A stretch of DNA of 64,000 nt from Azolla caroliniana. Taxonomy: Eukaryota; Plantae; Polypodiophyta. The position numbers were made by a program, and so were the translations under genes. This document shows, piece by piece, positions 53,397 to 61,778 of the stretch (position 1 is its first letter; each line of letters begins with the position of its first letter). The notes under the pieces were generated by a model that saw only the letters and a list, made by a program, of their open reading frames with translations, did no database searches and was not told the origin of the DNA. The DNA lies in NCBI GenBank assembly GCA_043228905.1, contig JBHGNT010000007.1, forward strand, positions 20,088,001 through 20,152,000, written 5' to 3'.

Positions 53397-55417
53397 TGTC
53401 GTAGTGTATTCCACACACTACGTGAAAACCATAAAATAATATATCCGGTTTTAGATACATATAAATAAATAAATAATATATCAAAACATTTATCACGTGC
53501 ATAGGGCAAGATTCAAACCCTGCACCTCCACGTAGATAAACCCCAACTTTACCATTGTAATAACTTATCTTTAGTGTTATACATATAGATTTAATACGTA
53601 TAAGACCTTTATTTATATATACCTTTATTAAAAGGTAAAAATCATGTATTCTTTAGGGTGTGAATATTTTATTTACACGTGACATTAAAAGAGACTCATG
53701 CACATCTAGCGTGCATGAGCTCTATACTTAGGAAATGACAAAGCATCACATGCACATTTAGTGTGCATGGACACTTTTGGTGAAAAAGCATGATGCCATG
53801 CTTAGCCTCTTCCATCTTTATATAAGGAGGAGAGAAATATGTATAGGGTTGTTGATTAATATACAAGGATTGATCAATCTAATATATTCGTGGGATTCAC
53901 GAATTTTTCCATCTAAATTACTCTTATAATCTAAATATTGTTTTAAATACACTAAACTCGTGGGATTCACGAGATTGCTATCTTACTTCTCTTTCCACTA
54001 TTCATAACTAGCCTTAAGTTGTATTCCTCTTCCTCCTAGTCAAAAACCTCGGCGGTTCCCACCCGACTCATGCAACGATCCGGAGCCGAAAGGCACGACA
54101 CAGTTGGTGAACCCGACGTGAAAACCGGGTGGCAAGGAGATGGAAAATCAACCGGAGGCTAGCAACATGATGATGATGTTCGAGCGCATGCTACAAGAAC
54201 AACGCGCGATGTTGGAGATAGCGGCATCAGTGGAGCGGCTCGTGCAACGAAACGGGCAATTCAACGGGAAAGACGTGTCGCGGTATCTTCGGGACTACAA
54301 GGCGGAGATGCTACGGTGCGGAATATCGGAAGGACTGCAAGTGACGTCCTTCAACCGGGTGGCGACCGACGGGCTTCAAGCAAGCATCCATGGGCTACGA
54401 CAACAAAATCCGACATGGGAGGCGTTTGAAGAAGAGCTAAAGAGGACGTTCGCCATCGAGGATTCCTCCAAGGCGACGGGAAGGGGATTCGAAGATTGGG
54501 TGGAGATGCCGGACAAGGGATTGAAGGTCGTTGATGTGTTTTCGGCATTCGAAAGCCGGTTCGGGAGGTTGTCCGCGAGAGATCAAGCTATCCTTGTACC
54601 GGACAAGGTGATCATGTTCTTGCGAGCCGTGGATGTCCGGGACCGGAAAGATCTCGGAGTGCTCTTGGAGGACACGACCACGGAGATTGGCCTCACCGAA
54701 ACATGGGAAAGCGTGCGGGATATCGTCGCGCGATACACGAAGAGGGGGCAATGGCTTGCCAACGAGGAAAAGAGGGTTTCGGAACCGATTCCGAAACCGA
54801 GAACCGGATTGGAAGACCATCAACCGAGGGCTCGGGAGACTACAACCGAGAAGGGGATTGATGCATCTACGGTGGAGCAACTCTTGAAGGAGATGGAGAA
54901 TCTGAAGATCGCGATGGTGAAGAAGTCGGATGACCGCCCCACAAGCTCCAAGTATACGGACCGACGGTGCATATTGTTGCAAACAGTGCTCGGCCACAAC
55001 CGAGGAATAGGATCAACTCTCAGAAAACAGGAAATACACAATGCACGTAGACAATAGAGAGAAGAGTACACAGGGTGTTTTACGTGGAAAACCCTAAATG
55101 GGAAAAACCACGGGAGTCCTCAAACTCCAACTATCACTATACACAGAGATGTACAATGGTGAAGCTACAAGGCAACAACCTTGAGCTCACTGTCTTCGCC
55201 ACAGGCGGCGGTAATACACAGAGGCAACGACCTCTTCGTCTCTCTCTCTCTCTCTCTCTCTCGGCTGCTCTCACTTCGCTCTCTCTGCTGAAAACATAAA
55301 ATGAGCAACAACAAAACTGTTTGCCCTAAGTCATATTTATACACATATGACTTTCGGGCTATTTACAAATATAGCCTCAAGGGCTCTTGGCAAAACATAT
55401 TCACAAATATGTCCCCG

Positions 55418-55635
55418 CATCCGGATCTCTCTCCGGGTGCATTCGTCATCCGGCTCCGTTACCGGGGTCTTCAGCATCCGGCTCCGTAGCCAGGGTCTTC
55501 ATCATCCGGCTCCGTAACCGGGGTCTTCAGCATCCGGCTCCGTAGCCAGGGTCTTCATCATCCGGCTCCGTAACCGGAGTCTTCAGCATCCGGATCCGTA
55601 TCCGGGTACTCTTCATCATCCGGTTCCGTAACCGC
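55418..55635. repeat. 28-bp tandem array in the Copia-2 LTR U3 (second copy at ~60254-60471)
   Basis: CATCCGGCTCCGTAACCGGGGTCTTCAG alternating with CATCCGGCTCCGTAGCCAGGGTCTTCAT at 55447, 55475, 55503, 55531, 55559, 55587, 55617. Confidence 0.92.
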
Positions 55636-55705
55636 AACCGGGCTTGCCGTCATTCATCTCCGGACATCCCATCCGGAGGGACCGAAATCCCAACAAACTC
55701 CCCCT

Positions 55706-58700
55706 TCACTTCGGCATGGGATGTCTCTCCAACCCGACTCTCTTTCGGCACGCTCCCAGCTTGTCGGGTGTGAGCACTTTGGTCAGCATATCTGAGCCGT
55801 TCTCGTCCGTGTGGATCTTCGTCAGCACGAACTCCTGGTCTTCTATCCTTTCCCGGATCCAGTGATATCTTCGCTGGATGTGCTTCGTCCGGGAGTGATA
55901 GGCCGCGTTCTTCGCAAGGTGGATTGCACTCTGACTGTCGCAGTAGAGCCGGTACTCCTCCTGCCGGATACCGAGCTCTCTAATGAAGTCCTTCATCCAT
56001 ATTATTTCCTTGCCGGCTTCAACAGCCGCCATGTACTCCGCCTCCGTGGTTGACAACGCAACCGTCTTCTGCAGTCTCGACTGCCATGAAACAGCTCCCC
56101 CTGCATACGTCATCACATACCCTGATGTGGACCGGCTGGTATCTGCATCAGCCGACATATCCGAATCGGTGAAGCCGTCGAGTTCGGGCTTGCCGAAGCC
56201 GAATCGGAGGCACACGTTTGCCGTGCCCTTCAGGTATCGGAGTATCCACTTGACCGCGTTCCAGTGCTCTTTGCCGGGATTACTCATATACCGGCTCACC
56301 ACTCCGACTGCGTATCCTATGTCCGGTCTTGTACACACCATTGCGTACATCAAGCTTCCGATGGCAGAGGCATATGGTACTTTCATCATGTCCTCCTTCT
56401 CAGCCTTTGTCTTGGGACTTTGCTTGCTGGACAGCTTGCAGTTTGCCGGGAGGGTCGATCCGACCGGTCTTGCCTCCGACATGTTGAACCGGTGAAGCAC
56501 CTTTGTCACGTACTTCCCCTGTGACAGCCACAACTGCTTCTTCTTCCGGTCCCGGATGATGTGCATCCCCAGTATTTGCCTCGCCGGACCCAGGTCTTTC
56601 ATTGAGAAGGTTCGGTGAAGAGCCTTCTTCAGCATCCGTATCTTGACCTGGTCCCGTCCGACGATCAACATGTCGTCCACGTACAGGAGGAGTATTAGAG
56701 AGTCTCCTCCGTCGAACTTCTTCACAAACACGCAGTGGTCGGACTGCGTTTTGAGGTACCCTTCGTCGGTCATGAAGGAGTCGAACTTCCGGTACCATTG
56801 CCGGGGAGCCTGCTTCAGTCCGTAAAGGCTCTTCTTCAACCGGCATACCAGGTGCTCCTTCCCTTTCTTCTCGAATCCTTCCGGTTGCTGCATGTAGATC
56901 TCTTCTTCGAGGTCACCGTGAAGGAATGCCGTCTTCACGTCCATCTGTTCTACCTCGAGGTCCATGCTTGCCGCTATGCTCAGCACCGTCCGGATGGAGG
57001 TCATCTTCACTACCGGGGCAAATATCTCGTCGAAGTCGACGCCCTTCTTCTGCTGGAACCCCTTCACCACGATCCTGGCTTTGTATCTTGGGGGGTTTCC
57101 GGCATCTCCCGGTTTCAGCTTGAACACCCACTTGTTACGGAGTGCCCGTTTTCCTTTCGGCAACTCCACAAGTTCATATGTGTGGTTCTCATGCAGGGAA
57201 TCCATCTCGTCCTGCATGGCACTCAACCACCTGCGGCTCTGGGTGTCATGCTTTGCTTCTTCAAAGCTCTCCGGCTCCCCTTCGTCGGTTAGCAGCACGT
57301 GCTCTGGTTCCGGGAATCTCCGGGGGGCCCTTCTCTCTCTTAGAGGGTATCTCCGTTCCGGAGCTTCGGTAACCGGCTGCTCCGTTTCCTCTTCATCCGA
57401 ATCCATTTCGGGATCGGGGCCGGTTCCGGTATCACTTTCATCTTCTTCGGCCGGTTCTGTTTCTTCATAGTCTTCGGTCGGATCCTCGAGTGTTAACCGG
57501 TCCCTTGCCGGTCGGGACTGCTCCTCGTAGAGTTGATCCTCACCGGTCGACTTGGAGCTCTTCACCTTCTTCTCCGACTCCCAGTCGGCGAGTGTCTTGT
57601 CCTCCATGAAGATGATGTCTCGACTCCTGAATATCTTCTTGTCGACCGGGTCCCATACTCGGTAGCCGAACTCGTCGTCACCGTAACCGAGGAATATGCA
57701 TGGCCGGGTCTTTGGATCTAGCTTTCCTCTCCGGTCCTTTGCCACATGCACATATGCGAGACACCCGAACACCTTCAGATGCCGGTAGGACACTTCCTTA
57801 CCGGTCCACACTTTCTGCGGCGTGTCTCCGTCCAAAGGTACTGAGGGTGATCTGTTTATCACGTATGTCGCCGTCGACATTGCCTCAGCCCAAAACCCCT
57901 TGGGTAATTTCGCATGCGCCAGCATACTCCGGACCCTCTCCATTATGGTCCGGTTCATCCTCTCGGCCAGCCCGTTTAGTTCCGGCGTCTTCGGCACAGT
58001 AAACTCGAGCCGGATTCCCTTCGAGCGACAGTACTCCGCAAACTGCCCCCGGTATTCCCCTCCGTTATCCGCTCGTATCGCTTTCAGCTTCTTGCCGGAT
58101 TCTCTTTCCACTCTCGCGTGGAGTTCTTTGAAGACGGACAACACTTGGTCCTTTGTCTTCAACGGTGCCGTCCACAGCTTCCGGCTGTGATCATCAATGA
58201 AAGTCACGAAGTACTGGGCTCCGCCATGTGACTTCGTTTCTACCTGACACACATCAGTGTGCACCAACTCCAATGGTGCGCTACGTCTCGTCGGTGGCCT
58301 TGAGTGGAAGGAGGTTCGGTTCTGCTTACCGGCCAGGCAATCGGTGCACTTCTCCAGGTGCACATGCTTCACTGGAATAAGGTTGTCTTCTGCAAGCCTC
58401 TTCATCCCCTTCTCACTCATGTGGCACAGTCTCTTGTGCCACAGCTCACCGGCAGTGTCGGCTGCCACGTTCAGCTCTTCCGGACATAACCGGGCATTCA
58501 TCAGGTACAGTGTGTTGTCTTTCCGGGCCCGAGCCACTATCAGGCTCCCCTTGCTAAACTTCATTACGCCGTTCCGGATGCTACCTGTGTAGCCTTCATC
58601 ATCTAGCCTCCCGGCCGAAATCAGGTTCAATCGAACCTCCGGAACGTGTCGGACATCCTTCAGCAGCATTTTGCATCCGGTTGATGTCATCAGCCACACG

Positions 58701-59779
58701 TCTCCTATGCCGGCAATCCGGCATGTACCTTCATTTCCCATCCGGACACAGCCATGCTCACCGGCTGTGTAGGATGAGAAGTATTTCTTCTCCGGGGTCA
58801 GGTGGAACGACGCTCCGGAATCGACCACCCAGGTCATCTCTACACCGGCAAGATTCAGCTCCCTCTCTTCGGTAATGAGCATTATCTCTTCTTCACTTGC
58901 CGCGAGTGCCGTCGTTCCTTTCCGGTCCTGCCCTCGCCGATCCGGACCTCTCCGGTCCGTGGCTCCCCGGTATGCACCGTTTCTCTCCGGTGACTTCTTC
59001 GAATCGGTGTCGTCGGCTCCGTTGTCCTTTCGGTAATGCCGACAATTCTTCCGGAAGTGCCCCGGCTTCCCACAGTGGAAGCATGTGGGTCTTCCTCTTG
59101 ACTGCGACCGGGTCCCCGACTTCTCCCGTCTTTGCAGACTCCGGTTCCATTGTCTTCCCCGATCCGATTCGGTAAGCAGCGCCTTCGAGTCGGAAACCGG
59201 TTCTTTATCTCTCCGACGCGCTTCTTCATTTAGAATGCTTGTCTTTACCGTTTGTAGAGACAAGTTATCTTCGGTGCAGGAGGTGCTGAGAGTCACCACC
59301 AAGTTCTCCCAGCTATCCGGCAATGTACACATCAGGATGATGGCTTGCATTGCATCCTCCAACGGGAACTTGATCGCCGCAAGCTGGTTCACGAATCCCA
59401 TGAACGTGCTTACGTGTTCCACCATACTCTCGCCGTCCCGGTACTTGAGGTTCACTATCTTTCTCATCAGGGAGGTCCGGTTCAACGCATTCTTCCTCTC
59501 GTAGAGGCCCGACAGCTTCCTCCACATCTCATATGCGTTGGTGTCGTTCGCCACGTGTTGTAGAACGCTCACGTCGACGTATTGCCGAATGGTTGCAACG
59601 GCTTTCCGGTTCAGAAGCCTCCACTCCGTCTCAAGTACCCCTTTCGGTATTTCCGACCTGTCAATCGGTTCGTACAGGTCCCGAACAATCAGAAGATCCT
59701 CCATCTTGATCTTCCAGTCGGCGTAGTTCTGCGCATTCAGCACCATCATCCCCGGCTGCCCGCTGCTGCCGCCTTCCAT
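55706..59779 (-). CDS. Copia-2 gag-pol polyprotein, 1357 aa from MEGGSSG, uninterrupted
   Basis: CFHCGKPGHFRKNC, WVVDSGASFH, LWHKRLCHMSEKGM, RADNGGEY, YKARIVVKGF, QMDVKTAFLHG, LYVDDM, STTEAEY. Confidence 0.97.
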   Translation of the reverse strand: MEGGSSGQPGMMVLNAQNYADWKIKMEDLLIVRDLYEPIDRSEIPKGVLETEWRLLNRKAVATIRQYVDVSVLQHVANDTNAYEMWRKLSGLYERKNALNRTSLMRKIVNLKYRDGESMVEHVSTFMGFVNQLAAIKFPLEDAMQAIILMCTLPDSWENLVVTLSTSCTEDNLSLQTVKTSILNEEARRRDKEPVSDSKALLTESDRGRQWNRSLQRREKSGTRSQSRGRPTCFHCGKPGHFRKNCRHYRKDNGADDTDSKKSPERNGAYRGATDRRGPDRRGQDRKGTTALAASEEEIMLITEERELNLAGVEMTWVVDSGASFHLTPEKKYFSSYTAGEHGCVRMGNEGTCRIAGIGDVWLMTSTGCKMLLKDVRHVPEVRLNLISAGRLDDEGYTGSIRNGVMKFSKGSLIVARARKDNTLYLMNARLCPEELNVAADTAGELWHKRLCHMSEKGMKRLAEDNLIPVKHVHLEKCTDCLAGKQNRTSFHSRPPTRRSAPLELVHTDVCQVETKSHGGAQYFVTFIDDHSRKLWTAPLKTKDQVLSVFKELHARVERESGKKLKAIRADNGGEYRGQFAEYCRSKGIRLEFTVPKTPELNGLAERMNRTIMERVRSMLAHAKLPKGFWAEAMSTATYVINRSPSVPLDGDTPQKVWTGKEVSYRHLKVFGCLAYVHVAKDRRGKLDPKTRPCIFLGYGDDEFGYRVWDPVDKKIFRSRDIIFMEDKTLADWESEKKVKSSKSTGEDQLYEEQSRPARDRLTLEDPTEDYEETEPAEEDESDTGTGPDPEMDSDEEETEQPVTEAPERRYPLRERRAPRRFPEPEHVLLTDEGEPESFEEAKHDTQSRRWLSAMQDEMDSLHENHTYELVELPKGKRALRNKWVFKLKPGDAGNPPRYKARIVVKGFQQKKGVDFDEIFAPVVKMTSIRTVLSIAASMDLEVEQMDVKTAFLHGDLEEEIYMQQPEGFEKKGKEHLVCRLKKSLYGLKQAPRQWYRKFDSFMTDEGYLKTQSDHCVFVKKFDGGDSLILLLYVDDMLIVGRDQVKIRMLKKALHRTFSMKDLGPARQILGMHIIRDRKKKQLWLSQGKYVTKVLHRFNMSEARPVGSTLPANCKLSSKQSPKTKAEKEDMMKVPYASAIGSLMYAMVCTRPDIGYAVGVVSRYMSNPGKEHWNAVKWILRYLKGTANVCLRFGFGKPELDGFTDSDMSADADTSRSTSGYVMTYAGGAVSWQSRLQKTVALSTTEAEYMAAVEAGKEIIWMKDFIRELGIRQEEYRLYCDSQSAIHLAKNAAYHSRTKHIQRRYHWIRERIEDQEFVLTKIHTDENGSDMLTKVLTPDKLGACRKRVGLERHPMPK

Positions 59780-61714
59780 TTTCTGTGTTACCGTCGCTCT
59801 GATACCACTTTGTTGCAAACAGTGCTCGGCCACAACCGAGGAATAGGATCAACTCTCAGAAAACAGGAAATACACAATGCACGTAGACAATAGAGAGAAG
59901 AGTACACAGGGTGTTTTACGTGGAAAACCCTAAATGGGAAAAACCACGGGAGTCCTCAAACTCCAACTATCACTATACACAGAGATGTACAATGGTGAAG
60001 CTACAAGGCAACAACCTTGAGCTCACTGTCTTCGCCACAGGCGGCGGTAATACACAGAGGCAACGACCTCTTCGTCTCTCTCTCTCTCTCTCTCTCTCGG
60101 CTGCTCTCACTTCGCTCTCTCTGCTGAAAACATAAAATGAGCAACAACAAAACTGTTTGCCCTAAGTCATATTTATACACATATGACTTTCGGGCTATTT
60201 ACAAATATAGCCTCAAGGGCTCTTGGCAAAACATATTCACAAATATGTCCCCGCATCCGGATCTCTCTCCGGGTGCATTCGTCATCCGGCTCCGTTACCG
60301 GGGTCTTCAGCATCCGGCTCCGTAGCCAGGGTCTTCATCATCCGGCTCCGTAACCGGGGTCTTCAGCATCCGGCTCCGTAGCCAGGGTCTTCATCATCCG
60401 GCTCCGTAACCGGAGTCTTCAGCATCCGGATCCGTATCCGGGTACTCTTCATCATCCGGTTCCGTAACCGCAACCGGGCTTGCCGTCATTCATCTCCGGA
60501 CATCCCATCCGGAGGGACCGAAATCCCAACACATATGGTGCGATAGCGCCGAACACGATCGGAGGGATTGCGACGAGCATAAGGAGGCGCTACGGCGGGA
60601 TCTCATCTACTACGAGGGAAACCGGATTGATTCGATGGACTCTCGGAAGCCACTCCGACCGAACTTCCGGAAAGGCGGCACGAAGAAGCTGCTCGAGGAG
60701 GAATTGGCAGCAAGAAGCAACTATGCGACAACCGCGGGAATATGTGTCGGGGAGTCATCGAGAGCAAAGATGTCTTTTTGGCCGGGAGTTCTAGAAAACA
60801 CCGAGAAAACCGACTCCAACGAGATCCGAAGCACCGTGGAAGGCGTCCAGGAAGCTACGGGATGGGAGTGCCCTGTCGACAAGAATAGCGTATACGCCCT
60901 GTGTCAATTGCATAAGGTGTATGTGGACGAGAAACGACGACGCACGGAGGATGCGGGTGGGCCATCGAAGATACCGGAGAGCTGGAACTCCGGAGGTAAG
61001 GGAAAAGAAAAGGCGACTCCGGCATTCAACCTCGCCTCGGACATAGAACAACAAACCGAGTTGAAAAGAGTGTTCGAGGAAAGAATCTTGGATAGTCGGG
61101 TAGATTTCTCGCTTCGGGAGCTTCTCGGAATAGCAAAGAAGGAGTTCCACGATCTTCTCGTGGATCTCGTGAAGCGAAAAAGACAAAGTACGGAGGAAAA
61201 TACTCCAAGGGTGAATGCGAACACCGTTTTAATGAACAACACCGAAGTGGAGGACGAAATTCCGAACTCCCACTATACAAGGCCACATTGGGCACGCGCG
61301 ACTACTGAGACTCCGGTCCAAATCAGCAACATCAAAGAACCCGTGCTAGCATTGATTGATCACGGATCGGAGATCAACTTGATGTCCAAGGAGTTCTACC
61401 GGAAGGGGAAGTGGCCTATTAACACCAACCATGGATGGAAGATTCGGGCGGCCACCAAAGCAACGAAAGATCTATTTGCGGCTTGTCCGGATGTGACGAT
61501 GAAGATCGGGGATGTCGAGATCGACCAAAATTTCACATTCCGTCATCCTCGGCCAACCCTTTATCACGGCATCACGGATGGAGACGAAGGTGCTCAATAG
61601 TGTTGCGGCTTTTGCACGAATTCGGAGCCAAAACGGTGGGAAATCCGTCCAATTTCTAATGGTGCCGGAAAATCACGAAAGGAACAAGAGGGAACTCTTG
61701 TCCCAAGTGAGAAT

Positions 61715-61778
61715 GGATTTTTAAAGCGGACTGTTGCGGAGTGGGGAAGTGATAGTCCGAGAAGCCCTGATACCCCAC
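61715..61778 (+). promoter_or_regulatory. Putative -1 programmed ribosomal frameshift signal (slippery heptamer + pseudoknot)
   Basis: G GAT TTT at 61715-61721 directly before TAA; stem CGGACTGTT/GATAGTCCG; loop GTGGGG complementary to downstream CCCCAC; -1 frame open into pol. Confidence 0.8.

Larger units (their letters stand above)
54975..60531 (-). mobile_element. Intact Ty1/Copia (Tnt1/Tork-like) element, Copia-2
   Basis: 721-bp LTRs 54975-55695 and 59811-60531 with no differences seen; TSD CATAT at 54970-54974 and 60532-60536; iMet PBS at 59807-59796; PPT at 55696-55705. Confidence 0.98.
54140..61724 (+). pseudogene. Gypsy-2 gag-protease ORF (split by Copia-2; small frameshift near 61535)
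   Basis: FNGKDVSRYLRDY gag start; knuckle R-C-I-W-C-D-S-A-E-H-D-R-R-D-C rejoined across the TSD; protease ALIDHGSEINLM and VILGQPF; ends RMDF*. Confidence 0.85.

Noticed and set aside
59780-59833. N-terminal extension MAEHCLQQSGIRATVTQK of the Copia-2 ORF
   Set aside because: It starts at a non-ATG codon in the LTR and reads through the PBS; the ATG at 59779 is the likelier start.
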